Below are positions 1 to 11,844 of a stretch of DNA of 64,000 nt, in pieces. A program made the position numbers and the translations under genes. Origin of the DNA: Leucoraja erinacea (lineage: Eukaryota). The first letter of the stretch is position 1; each line of letters opens with the position of its first letter. The notes below the pieces were generated by a model that saw only the letters and a list, made by a program, of their open reading frames with translations, did not search any database and was not told the DNA's origin. The stretch lies in NCBI RefSeq assembly GCF_028641065.1, contig NC_073386.1, forward strand, positions 11,656,001-11,720,000, given 5' to 3'.

Positions 1-484
1 GCCAACAAACTACCAACCATTTCTGCAAGCCTTGGTGTCCCCATTGAGTTAAACAACAGGGAGCCCTTTTCTCAAGCTAAGGGTGATTAGTAAGACAGAT
101 GTGCAGCTGAACCATCAACTACAAGGTCACCTGTAACTAGAATATAAAAGGGGGAAAAATCACTGTATCACACTGGTTTAAAACCTGGATACACTTAGTT
201 GCTGGTACAGCGTAATAATGTCTAATGGAGTGGGGCAGGGCACAACACTCTTCACATCCATCTTGTACAGCACTCTCTCTGCATCAACAGCTATTAAACA
301 CAGGAGTTAAGTACCTAGCTGTCCGATGCCTTGCCACAGTGGTTGGTTTTTATTTTTAGTTTAGTTTAGTTTCGTTTAGAGAAGCACCTTAAGTTACTCT
401 TAGCGTATTAGCTTGTTATTATTAAGCTATCTTATCATCTTATTAGCTTATAAACTCTTAGCTTGTACCATCATTGTCTCCTAT

Positions 485-1750
485 AGTGTCATACAGGAGA
501 CTTCGGCTCAACTTGCCCACGCCAACCAACATGCCTCATTTACAATAGTCCCACCTACCTGTGTTTGGCCAATATCCCTTTAAACATATCCTATCCATGT
601 ACCTATCCAAACATTCTATAAACATTATGATAGTTTCTGCCTCAACTACCTCCTCTGGCAGCGCATTCCATACGGTCCTTTGTGTAAAAAAGTTGTTAAT
701 CCTAACAAGATTGGAGATGATAGGACTCTAAAATGGGGTAAAAGCTTCAGGGCTGCTGGGAGATTTGGTCAATTTAAAGGTGCTCTTTGTGGAACTGGGA
801 CAAGCTGCAGAGTGGTGCCAGTTTGTCTAGAGCCTAGATCCAAGCTGCAGGAAAAGAATAAGAACATCTGCAGACCCTGTCAATTAGGTGCAAAATGCAT
901 AGAATGGATTGGATGACTGCAAGCCAGACATGCACCTTGTAAATAATAGTAAATAATGTTGCAGAGTTCTACTTTGCTGAGTGTTGATTGGATGAGGTAT
1001 TGAGCCTTGTCTGGTTTTCTTACAGATCAGGGTAAATGTTGCTTTGTTTGCTTCCTCCGAAAAGCCATGTTTGTATACAATGTACCAACTACTGTATTAT
1101 TGGGTTATTATTGGGTTATCTGTTATGTATGGGGTTAATCGATATCTGTAATTGGATTGTAAAGAGACCACCCCCATGTGGTTCGGCCCCTCGAGGTCCC
1201 GGGACATATAAACGTTCGCTGCCACGAGGTCCCACGTCGATCTTCTGGGAGAGCGCTTAGGACTGCATGACCTTCTGGAGTGTCTCTGTTTGAGCGAGGC
1301 CTAGAGGGCTTGAACAGGCAGATACGAGGATCAAACCCACGGTGGTTAGGTACAGTGGTGGGGACAGTAATTGTGTTTTGTCAAAATAAAGATTAGTTGA
1401 TCAAGTGCTTGATTCAGTGGTTTTTGACTGAAACTAGACTGGGGGTAAGCTTACAACGAGCAATTAACAAAGTTGTCCTTCAGGTTACTATTAAATCTTT
1501 CCCTCCTCTCTGTAAACCTACGTTCTTTGGTTCTTGTTTCAACCACTCTGGGTAATAGACTCTGTGCATTTACCCTATCCATTCCTCTCATGATCTTATA
1601 TACCTCTATAAGATCACCCGTCATCCCTCATCCTCCTGTGTTCAGCGGAGCAATCCTAGCCTGCTCAATATCTCCCTATAGCTAAGGCCCTCGAGTCCTG
1701 GGAACATCGTAAATCTTCTCTGAGCCCTTTCCAGCTTAACAACACCATTC
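485..1750 (-). mobile_element. CR1/HER1-type LINE 3' fragment, split by a solo LTR
   Basis: Reverse complement of the CR1 3' region seen elsewhere in the window (cctcaactacctcctctggcagc...ttcctctcatgatcttatatacctctataagatc); the sequence resumes after the LTR at 1470. Confidence 0.8.
694..1469 (+). mobile_element. Solo LTR, copy 1
   Basis: Termini TGTTAAT...ATTAACA; 4-bp TSD AAGT (690-693 and 1470-1473); TATAAA at 1207 and AATAAA at 1385; homologous along its length to 16239-16993. Confidence 0.88.
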
Positions 1751-1814
1751 TATCTGAGAACAGATAGGGGCTTGATTCCCTTTAAAGGTTGTTGTATGGA
1801 TAGCAGGGATGAGG

Positions 1815-2052
1815 TAGAATTTCTTCAACCAGTGGGTCATGAATGTGTGGAAATTAATTGCCACAGGTGGCTGTGGTGGCTAAGTCAATGGATATTTTTA
1901 AAGTGGAGATTGATAGTCTCTTGATTAGTAAGGGCTTCAAAGGTTACAGGAAAAAGGCAGGAGATTAGGGTGGAGAGGGAAAAATAGTTCAACCATAATT
2001 GAATGGCAGAGCAGACTCAATGGAACTAATTCTGCTCCTTTGTCTTATGAAC
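1815..2052 (+). mobile_element. CR1/HER1 LINE 3' end fragment
   Basis: Matches the 3' end shared by the copies at 22040, 47775 and 37200 (gccacaggtggctgtggtggctaagtcaatgg...attgaatggcagagcagact). Confidence 0.75.
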
Positions 2053-2518
2053 TCTTTTTTTAAAAAGTATTTAGAGATACAGCTTGGAAACAGGCCCGTC
2101 AGCTAACGAGTTTGCACCAACCAGCGATCCCCACACATCTATATAATTAAAACTCTCATCTTGACCACTTCCTGTTTGCACTGTGCTTTGATTTTAGAAA
2201 AAAACGCTGCCACATATGGCTGTGATTCTTTGGCCATCGTCGTCCGCTGCGCAGGCCCCGAGGATTTTTCCCATCGATGAAAAATAAAAGACTTATTAGT
2301 GTTTAAAAAATCTTGAGATTCTCTTTCCTGTCAATCACCGCCATGAAGGCCACGTCCCTTCCGGTGAGAGGGGGAGAGACTATAAAACCCCGGTGGGGGC
2401 GTGGCTCAGTCTGTCTGCAAGATGGCGAGGGAGAGGTCACGACTCTCTGCCTGAGCTGGGAAACTACAGAACACTATGCGTATGCAAAGTACTTGAATAA
2501 ATGATTTGTTAGCCCTTA

Positions 2519-2810
2519 ATGAAAATGAAATTAGTTGTTTGTCCTGCCCTGTGCTTGAAAGTGCAATGGCAATGGAAATAAAGTGAAAATGCAATCAGCT
2601 GTTTGGCTTGGGCCTGCCCTGTGCTTGAAAGTGCAATGGCAATGGAAATGAAGTCAAAATGCAATCAGCTGTTTGGCTTGGGCCTGCCCTGTGCTTGAAA
2701 GTGCAATGTTAATGGAAATAAAATAAAAATGCAATTAACTATTCGGCCTGCCCTGTGTTTGAAACTGCAATGCAATTGGAAATGAAATGAAATGAGTCGT
2801 TTGGCCTGCC
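2519..2810 (+). repeat. Tandem repeat, about 4 units of 58-70 bp
   Basis: cctgcc-anchored unit recurs at 2543, 2613, 2683, 2747 and 2805. Confidence 0.9.
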
Positions 2811-3236
2811 TAAAACCACTAATTTCAGCCCACAAGGCCCCTATTAACGGAGAAACCAGTCTCTTTTGCCCAAAATGCCCGTATTAGCCCAGGGGGATCA
2901 TTTTGGCCCAAACGGTCTGTGCCAGGCCAAGAAAAGTCCAGAAAAAGTGCCTTTCACTGAGATTTCACTCAGATTTGTTTAAAGAGCCCCTTCGGCCCAT
3001 CAGGCCTGTACTGGCCCAGGAGTCCCTTCGGCCCATCAGTAAGTATTCCCCCTGCAGGACCTCACCCCAGTATTTTTCTCCGTCCCTGTGAGATCCAGGC
3101 TAGGATAGACTTTCCCCCTTCATTACTGTCATTTGTAAAAAAAGATGAAAAATGTCTAAAATTGATTCTCCATCCTCTCCCCCTTCTCTCTCACATAGTC
3201 TTTCACCTGCTTTGGGCAGAATTTCTGGCAGTTTCC

Positions 3237-3399
3237 GAGCTGCCAGCCAACCAGGCCTGAGTGACTGAGCTGCCAGCCCACCAGGCCTGAGTGACTGAGC
3301 TGCCAGCCCACCAGGCCTGAGTGACTGAGCTGCCAGCCCACCAGGCCTGAGTGACTGAGCTGTCAGCCCACCAGACCTGAGTGACTAAACAGCCAGCCC
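3237..3399 (+). repeat. 30-bp minisatellite, about 5 copies
   Basis: Unit gagctgccagcccaccaggcctgagtgact. Confidence 0.95.
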
Positions 3400-4494
3400 A
3401 AGAATCCATTCGGCCCACAATGTCCAAACTAGCTCTCTGAAAACTAGTCCCTTTGGACCACAATACCCATACTAGCACTCCAGATTCATTGTAACAGGAT
3501 AACAGCATGTTATATATATCAGCTGAGTATGAGAACCCCACCTGCAAGTTATAAGTTAGGAGAGAAGTCAAATGCTCAAATACTCACCAAATGCTTCAGT
3601 GAGTACAACTCCAGCAACATCCAATAATTCAGAGCAAGGTAGATTTTGGTTGTCACTCCAGCCCCAAACAAATCACTTCCATTTTCTATTGCTTTCTCAA
3701 CAATGGCATTTTTTTTTCTCTCTGCAACCTTTTTTTTGGCCTTATCTTATTTTACAGTTTCCTTTCACATCACCCCTTCAGAAACAATATCCTCCTAAAC
3801 TCAACCCTTCAGAGGTCATGGACATATCCTAGGGTGTCTTCCAGCCTACCATATTATGGATGTTGCACCTTTCCCTATGGAACTGTAATGCTGCAAAAAC
3901 GATATTCTGCATTCTAATTTTCTTCCCTTTGCAGTACCTGGTGTACTCGTGTGTGCCTTGATTGTACTCATGTACAGAATGATGTGATATGACTGGATAC
4001 CAGGCTAACAAAAACTATTCACTGCATCTCAGTACAGACAATAATGAACCAATACCAATCTTTCACTTCTCCTCACACCACCGGACTCTCTCAAGGATAA
4101 GTCTTCCCAATGAATTCAATCAATTCCATAATATGTTCCTGACTTTGGTGGTTTCTGTGTTGTAACCCTATCTACCACACATGCCTCCCCACCACACGCC
4201 TCCTGATGCAGTGCATCCATTAGGGGTTGAGCTTCCTTGTGTATTTTCTGTCGCACTTAACCCTGCCAGCAGCAACCTTCCAGACTCTGCAAGTTCAACA
4301 GCAATAACATCCCTCTTTGGATCACTGTTATCTTCTGAATAATGCTCCTGCCATCATGACTCTTGGACTCCAATGACAAGATATTGATTGAATGCCAGCC
4401 ATGCCTTCCTCCTAGTTGAAGCCACCCATAGGAATAGACAATCACTTGGAATACTTTGTACCATTTTGACTGCTCACCTGAAATAAAACGATAT

Positions 4495-5107
4495 ATATGC
4501 TACTGAAGATTCACCAGATTGGCTTCAGGGATATAAAGGATTTGCTATTTGAGGAGAGATGGTACACAAGGGCTGAGTTTTCTAGCGTTTGGAAGAATGG
4601 GAGAAGCACTTAATGAAACTTAGACAATTCTCACAGGACCTCTTCTCGGATGTATGAGGATGTTGCCAGGACTCGACAGACTGCATTATAGGGAGAGGTT
4701 GGGGATGCTAGGACTTTATTCCTTGGAGTGTAGAAGACAGAGTTGATCTTCTAGAGGTGTATACACTCATGAGGGTGCACAGATAGGCTGAATGCACTAT
4801 TTTCTCAAGGTTGAGGAATCAAGAACTAGAGGCCAAAGGTTTAAGGTAAGAGGGGAAAGATTTACATGAGGGGCAATTTTTTCACACAGTGTGCAGCGAG
4901 TAGTTGGAATGAGCTGTCGCAGAAAGTGGTCGAGACAGCTGCAATAACACCATCTAAAACATATTTAGGCATGTACATCAATAGGAAACATTTAGAGGGA
5001 CCAGGGCCAAACATGGGCAAATGGGTCTAGCATAGATGGGCATCTTGGTCACTAAGGATGAGTTGGGCCAAAAGCCCAGCTTCTGTGCTGTATGCCTCTA
5101 TGACTCT
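4495..5107 (+). mobile_element. Degraded CR1 LINE 3' fragments
   Basis: gaagattcaccagattgg... and gaggatgttgccaggactc... through to a ctctatgactct tail, as in other CR1 copies. Confidence 0.7.
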
Positions 5108-5895
5108 TTTGAGATATTTCGCTATGGTAAATTTGCACGAAAGTCAGTTTTCATCATTTTGCATTGAAATTCAATTGTTCTCATTTTTAACTACGAATTT
5201 GTACATCCCGTCAGGAAGCAGTGAACATTCTAATAACACATGTGGAAGGATCAGTGTCTCATGCCCCCACTCATATGTTGTATTGCTTTTACAACCGGCA
5301 CGTTACTCTCATCAACAATATGCTTGGTTAGAAGTGTTGAATGAATAAATGCTTTGTCAAATTGTGCAGAAGAGAAAGCAAAAACACTGCAATTTCCATC
5401 GCTTTGCCAAAATCAAAGTGCTCTATTATTAAATTTACATGTTGTCAACATTACAGCTCCATTCAACCAGTCATCGACCCAGCCATCATTAGCAGGGTTC
5501 AGCACTTATGCACATTTCATCTGGCTATTCAAATGCTGCACTTTTCAAAAAAATATGAGTGACATTATGGTGATAAGTAGTGCGAGTTTGATTTTTAAAT
5601 TTTCTGCGAAGCAAGAGTTTCAACTTGGAACTTCAATAGGACAAACAATGCGGTGAAGAAAACGGAGTCACTAAACAAAAAGTGAAACTCCTCTTTACCC
5701 TTCAGAAGCATCCTTGAAACTGTTGGGGTTCCTGAAGTCGGGACTATTTACACGGGGAGGAGAAAAGAACCCACTGCCACCTGTGGCATAATTTGGGTCC
5801 TAATTTCGACAAGGACAGTTGCTAGGATATGAGGGAAGTCATTGTGCTAACACAAGGCATAACATTGTTTCTAAACAATTAATTTAGATAGAACA

Positions 5896-6195
5896 GGCAG
5901 CACAGTGGCGCAGCAGTAGAGTCGCTGCCTTACAGCACCAGAGACCCAGGTTCGATCCTGACGGCGGGTGCTGTCTGTATGTTGTTTGTATGTTTTTCCT
6001 TTTATCGAGTGTGTTTTCTCCAGGTGCTCCAGTTTCTTCCCACATTCTAAAGACTTGCAGGTTTGTTGGCTAATTGGCTTCTGTAAATTTTTCCCTGTGT
6101 GTAGAATAGAACTAGTGGATGGGTGATCGCTGGTCGGCGTGGACTCGGTTGGTCGAAGGACCTGTTTCCACACTGTATTTCTAAACTAAACTAAA
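5896..6195 (+). mobile_element. HE1-like tRNA-derived V-SINE
   Basis: A-box-like gtggcgcagcagtag, B-box ggttcgatcc, V-domain (ttctccaggtgctccagtttcttcccaca), CR1-derived tail ending (ctaaa)n. Confidence 0.85.
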
Positions 6196-6424
6196 AGCAC
6201 AGCACAGGAATGGGCCCTTCGGCCCACATGTTTTGTGCCGAATATGATACCAAGTTAAACTGATCTCATTCGCATGATCCATATTCCTCTATTCCCTGCA
6301 CCTATTCAAAAGTCATTTAAACGCCACTACTGTATCTGCCTCCACCACCACCCCTGGAAGAGCATTCCAGGCCCCCACTACTCTCTGTGTAAAAAAACTT
6401 GCCCCACACATCTCCACTAAACTT

Positions 6425-6524
6425 TCGACAGACACAAAAAGCTGGAGTAACTCAGCAGGACAGGCAGCATCTTTTGAGAGAAGGAATGGGTGACGTTTCG
6501 GGTCGATACCCTTTTTCAGACTGC
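6425..6524 (-). mobile_element. Short Penelope-derived terminal-repeat fragment inserted in a CR1 fragment
   Basis: Same family as the 3' terminus of the PLE at 46006-46107; TSD cca(c/t)taaactt at 6414-6424 and 6525-6535. Confidence 0.7.
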
Positions 6525-6607
6525 CCATTAAACTTCCCCCCTCTCACCTTAAAGCTACTGCTCTCTAGTATTGAACATTTCCACCCTGGGAAAAAGGTTT
6601 TGACTGT

Positions 6608-7433
6608 CCGGTTATGGCTGCCCAGCCTGCAACTGTCCGTTTTCTAACTTCTTTTTTTAATTTTTAGTCAGTCAAGTGTTTTGTTTTTTGGAGGTCTATT
6701 CTTTTTTTATGTGTCGGTTGGGGGGGGAGGGTTGGGGGGAAACTGCTTTTCAGGGTCCCTGCCTGGTCGGAGAGACGGCTTCCTCCGAACTGCGCCATCG
6801 ACCCGTCCTCGCGGCCTTCCATCGGGGCCTGGAGCGGCGTTTCCTGAGGGGACCGGCCAGAATCTCGGCTTCGTTGACGGCTCAGCACTGGAGCGCTATC
6901 GCGGAGTGGAGCGGGCGATGCCCTGCCTGGGTCACCGCGCTGGAAATACGGTATGCTGGGGACCGCCGATGAAACATCACGGAGCTGTGGGTCTGTGGAG
7001 GTGGCGCTGAACTTTAATTGGGAGCCTGGGATCTCTCGCCGAGCTCACCAGTGGTGGAGCTCCATCCAGTGCGGCCTGTCGGCTTTGGAAGCCGCGGTCT
7101 CCAGTAAGGAAGCGGCCGTTCCAGGCATCCCAAGCCACTGAGAGGAGTCTCCCGACGCCGGAGCACCATCATCCGGCGAGAACGGCCTGGAACATCGGAC
7201 CTCCGTAAAGGCGACTGCGGAGGCCTCAATAGGCCCGACTATGGGTGGACATGGGGATGGGGACTGGACTTTGTGCCTTCCCTCACTGTGGGAACCATTG
7301 TGGGGGGATGTTTTTATGTTTAAATTTCTTTATTATCGTTATGTTGTATTCTTTTTAATTTGCTGCAACGGCAATCCGCATTTCATTACACCAATTGGTG
7401 TATGTGACACATGAAGAACCTTTGAACCTTTGA
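6608..7433 (+). mobile_element. GC-rich non-autonomous retroposon with a Rex1-type 3' tail
   Basis: CpG-rich body homologous to the reverse complement of 19190-19500; ends catttcattacaccaattggtgtatgtgaca...(gaaccttt)2. Confidence 0.6.
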
Positions 7434-7436
7434 CAA

Positions 7437-7670
7437 GTGCTGTCTGGACGGTGTTTGTACGTTCTCCCCGTGACCGCGTGGGTTTTCTCTGAGATCTTCG
7501 GTTTCCTCCCACACTCCACAGCTATTGAATTGGCATATATGTAAAAGTGTCTCTACCGTGTGTAGGATGGTGTTAATGTGTGGTGAATGTTGGTCGGTGC
7601 GGACTCTGTGGGCCGAAGGGCCTGTTTCCACGCTGTATCTCTAAACTAAACTAAACAAAACTAAAACTAA
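7437..7670 (+). mobile_element. HE1-like SINE, 5'-truncated
   Basis: V-domain and gggccgaagggcctgtttcc...(ctaaa)n tail. Confidence 0.8.
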
Positions 7671-8157
7671 AAGTACTGGAGGATCAGACATACCTGAGTC
7701 CTCTGTCAACTTTATCTCTATGTGTCCAGGTAAATCAATTGTCTAGATAAATCAATTTCTCTGCTGGGATTAAAAAACATTCTATTGTATGGTATCGTAT
7801 CATCTATCTTATATTACTAAAAGTCTGTTCTTGACCGGTTTTGGCCATCTGCGCTGCGATTTCCGAGAGAACGCAGCCATCTATGGCCGTCATTTATGGC
7901 CACCTTGCTCAGAGCCCCCCTTCGCCGCATGTGTGCCGAGGATTTTTCCCGTTGACTAACAATGACAGAGATATTAATGTTTTTACAAAATTCCACATTC
8001 TCTCTGCTGCCCCCGCTGGCGGCAGGGGGGAAGGACTATAAAACCAGGAAGTGGTGTGCCTCAATCAGTGTCTGCAAGCTGGAGGAAGGCAGAGGGTCAC
8101 GTTTCTCTGAGCTGTGAATAACACTGAACACATGTCCACTCAAATGTAAGTGCCCTT

Positions 8158-8412
8158 AGTGGTTCTAAAATGCTTGCAAAAAAATGTCTATTGGTTCTAA
8201 AGCTTGCAAAAAAAGTGTCTATTGGTTCTAAAGCTTTCAAAAAATGTCTATTGGTTCTAAAGCTTGCAAAAAAAGTGTCTCTATTGGTTCTAAAGCTTGC
8301 AAAAAATGTCCATTGGTTCTAAAGCTTGCAAAAAATGTCTATTGGTTCTAAAGCTTGCAAAAAATGTCTATTGATTCTAAAGCTTGCAAAAAAAAGTCTA
8401 TTGGTTCTAAAA
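8158..8412 (+). repeat. About 30-bp minisatellite, 8-9 copies
   Basis: Unit ctattggttctaaagcttgcaaaaaatgt. Confidence 0.95.
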
Positions 8413-8477
8413 TGGTTCATACTAGCGCTCCAGAAAGCCCCCCTCCCTCCTCCCCCCTCCTCCCTCCTTTGGGAGCT

Positions 8478-8837
8478 TTGGCTTGAAGTTGAAAGGCACT
8501 ACTTACTGCAAATGGTGGCTTGGGTGTGGTTTGAAGTTGAAAGACACCACTTACTGCAAATGGTGGCTTGGATGCATTGGCTTGAAGTTGAAAGGCACTA
8601 TTACTGCAAATGGTGGCTTGGTTGCTTTGGCTTGAATTTGAAAGGCACTACTTACTGCAAATGGTGGCTTGGGTGTGGCTTGAAGTTGAAATACACCACT
8701 TACTGCAAATGATGGCATGAAGTTGAAAGGCACTACTTACTGCAAATGGTGGCTTGGTTGCTTTGGCTTGAAGTTGAAAGGCACTATTTACTGCAAATGG
8801 TAGCTTGGATGTGGCTTGGGTGTGGCTTGAAAGGCAC
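8478..8837 (+). repeat. About 36-52-bp minisatellite, about 8 copies
   Basis: Unit ggcttgaagttgaaaggcactacttactgcaaatggtggcttgg. Confidence 0.95.
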
Positions 8838-9388
8838 AACAGAGGATGTACTTCCTATGGCAGCTGAGGAAGCCCAATCTGCCACAGGCAATGATGGTCC
8901 AATTCCACACGGCCATCGTAGAGTCTGTTCTCACCTTTTCCATCATGGTCTGGTTTGGCTCAGCCACCAAGCACGACACCTGGAGGATGCAGCGAATCAT
9001 CCGATCAGCAGAGAAGGTTATTGGCTGAAACCTTCCCTCCATTGATGAACTGTACACTGCAAGGGCCAGGAAGCGAGCGGGTAAGATCATCTCTGACCCC
9101 TCTCAAAGCTGCCACAGCCAGACATAAAAACAGTTTTTATCCTCGAGTAGTTGCTCTACTAAACAGCCAAAAATCTGTAGCCTCCCTTTGATCTGGTATT
9201 TTGTTGGTTCACATGCTTGATCAATGGTGTTTTATCATTAATATTTTATTATTATTAATGTTTAGTGTTTTCTGAGTCATTCGTAATTGTCACTATGTCA
9301 TGTTGTTACTTGTGGGCGGAGCACCAAGGCAAATTCCTTGTATGTGAATACTTGGCCAATAAACTTACTTACTTACTTTACTTACTTA
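8830..9388 (+). mobile_element. Rex1/Babar-type LINE 3' fragment
   Basis: ORF 8846-9028 (MYFLWQLRKPNLPQAMMVQFHTAIVESVLTFSIMVWFGS) is a Rex1-type ORF2 C-terminus; tail ggccaataaa(ctta)n; close relative at 18464-19042. Confidence 0.85.
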
Positions 9389-9639
9389 ACCAATCTTTCA
9401 GTTTCTCCAGTTTCCTCCAGGATTTTGTGGTGACAAACTGCTGAATTTTAGTTTCTCCAACAAATGAAGACATTTAATGAGAAAGAAAGCAGCACGAAGC
9501 CATTAAACAGAGTGGAAGCACTGGAGTAACAACGTCAGTTGTCTTTGCTTCTATACCTTTGTCATGCACAGCATATTAACAAACACCTTTTGGATAATAC
9601 CTATGCTGATACAGATGATAATAGCTTAGATTCAAGGAC

Positions 9640-10990
9640 ACAGGGAGCATCACAGGTAGGCATGGTGATCAAAAAGGCTTTCAGCACATTGGCCTCCATC
9701 AGCCAGGGTATTGAATATAGAAGTTGAGAGATCATGTTACAATTGTTTGAGACATTGGTGAGACCACACTTAAAGTATTGTGTTCAGTTTTGGTCACCAT
9801 GTTATAGGAAAGATGGTGTCAAGCTGGAAAGGATGCAGGGAAGATTTATGAGGATGTTGCCAGTACTCAAGACCCTGGGCTACAGGGTGAAGTTGAGCAG
9901 GCTAGGGTTTTATTCCTTGGAGCACAGGAGGATGAGTGGTGATATTATACAGGTGTTCAAAAACATGAGAGGATTAGATCGGGTAAACGCACAGTGTATT
10001 TTGCCTCAGAGTAGAGGAATCTGGAACCATAGGGCAGAGGTTTAAGGTGAGAGCGGGAAAGGTTTAATAGGAACCTGAGTGGTAACGCTTTTACACAAAG
10101 GGTGGTGGGTATATGGAATGAGCTGCTGGAGGAGGTAGTTGAGGCAGGTACTATCACCATTATGAAACATTTGGACAGACAGGCAGGGATGGAAATCCCG
10201 GTGGGGCCACTCTGTTTTGAAAGGTGGGGGACGATCCCCCCCATGTTTTTGTAATCCGGATTTAAAAACCCGGTGAAATCTCCACTCTCTGCGAGACAGT
10301 GGGGGTGGGACTGCCGATCGAGGACGCCGATTGGATGAGAGACACGTCGGTCAGCTGGCAATGGGGCGGGACATGATGATTCAGCGCGATCATTGGAGGA
10401 GGGAGGAGTAAGAGGGGTTGGGACTGAGGATAGAGAGCGGTGATTGGAGGGAGACGTGCCAAAATACTCTCGGCACAGACCTGCTCCTCATCCGCAGCCA
10501 GGATCGATCCCGGTTCTCCGGCGCTGTCCCGTCCCCACCCGCATGCCCCCCCCACGGGTGGCCAGAGAGGCCCGCAGCCAGCGCAGAGAAGCAGTGCTAA
10601 ACCCAGCTCAACTTTGCCTGTCCCGCCGGGTTAGCCTACAGCCCTGCCTGGAGTAACGGGAAATATGGCTCAGGTTTACAGCCAGCGCGGAGAAACAGCG
10701 CTGGTGTCCCGTCAGTCCAGGCAGGGCTGTAGGTTAACCCAGCGAGAGTTGAGCTGCATTTAGCACTAGATTGAGCCTCTGAAGCGTCGCGGGTATGTGA
10801 GTGAGTGTGCGCATGCGCGCGCGGCCACCAAGAAATGTGTGTGTCCTCCATATTTTGATAGCGATTTCCCTGCCTATTTGGAACTATGGGCCAAACACAG
10901 GCAGGTGGGACTAGTGTAGATGGGGCATGTTGGTCAGCGTTGACTAATTGGGCCGAAGGGCCTGTTTCCACGCTGTATGGCTCTATGACA
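9640..10990 (+). mobile_element. CR1 LINE 3' fragment interrupted by a MITE-like element
   Basis: ORF 9734-10045 (LVRPHLKYCVQFWSPCYRKD) is the CR1 ORF2 C-terminus; the CR1 tail resumes at about 10885. Confidence 0.85.
10181..10874. mobile_element. GC-rich MITE-like insertion with imperfect TIRs and a long internal hairpin
   Basis: Left end aggcaggga(tgg)aaatc and right end gatttccctgcct; internal inverted repeat 10593-10661 / 10707-10767; TSD not evident. Confidence 0.55.
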
Positions 10991-11844
10991 CAATCTCCAT
11001 GTGCACCCGTGTATGGCACTATGTTATCATGAGTCAAGTAAACTGCTCCTTTTATGTACTGAAATACTCATTGATTGTTTCAATACTCAAATATGTAATA
11101 GGTCTTGGCTAAACTTGTACTTTGGAACACTGTAATAAGATACAGACAATATTAACACTCCAGCAAAAGTCTTTACCAATTTGTTTTACCTTTATTATTG
11201 AATTGGTTCACAAATAAACAGCTGTTGAAAATGTCAAATGTTAATGAGGCAGGGCAATGCTACAGTAAATTGCAGCCATTTTTCCACCACTGTGATTACC
11301 TTGGTACAGACAAGTACCTATAATAATAATCCCATCTTGCAATTCTCTAACCACTCTGCAGACTAAAGTGCATCAGCCTGCCATTAATCCCACTTATCAC
11401 GCTGACAGCTAGGTAATTACACCAGTGCAGCACCTAGGTAGCCCTAGTAAAATATCAGCTGCTGTTAAAGAATGCATGACGGGTAGGTTTTAAGCCCATG
11501 TGGTTGATAATCATCAAGTGACGTTTTTGCTGACCTATTTTCTTTATTTGGCAATCAATTATCCTCTGACTAAAGCGTAGTACAGATTCTAATGTGCAAT
11601 TATAAAATAATAAATGTACACCGTTATTTAGTATTTCATGAAATGTACATGAAAAGTACGGGTAAAAAAGCACATCAAGCATCAGAATGCAGTCAAATGT
11701 TTCAAAACCAAGGAGATTTCTTAATTATTTAAGAAGGAACTGTAGATGCTGGAAAATCGAAGGTAGACAAAAATGCTGGAGAAACTCAGCGGGTGAGGCA
11801 GCATCCATGCTCCATAGATGCTGCCTCACCTGCAGATTTCTTAA

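Larger units (their letters stand above)
2138..3484 (+). mobile_element. Non-autonomous Helitron-like element (5' part) with internal minisatellites
   Basis: Begins TCTATATAATTAAAA directly after an A, at a point where the host SINE normally reads cacA/Ttaac; first ~380 bp homologous to 7803-8160; no TSD; 3' terminus not seen. Confidence 0.6.
7803..8837 (+). mobile_element. Non-autonomous Helitron-like element (5' part), second subfamily
   Basis: Begins A^TCTATCTTATATTACTAAAA; homologous to 2138-2520; shares the catactagc(a/g)ctccaga motif; truncated at a Rex1 fragment. Confidence 0.6.

Noticed and set aside
5896-5965. tRNA genes at the HE1 SINE heads
   Set aside because: A/B-box heads continue into a V-domain and a LINE tail and do not form a full cloverleaf.
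8326-8712. Repetitive ORFs (also 3203-3571) as real proteins
   Set aside because: They are translations of minisatellites inside a transposon.
8158-8837. CRISPR-like arrays (also 3237-3399)
   Set aside because: Units are contiguous without unique spacers, there are no cas genes, and the context is vertebrate.
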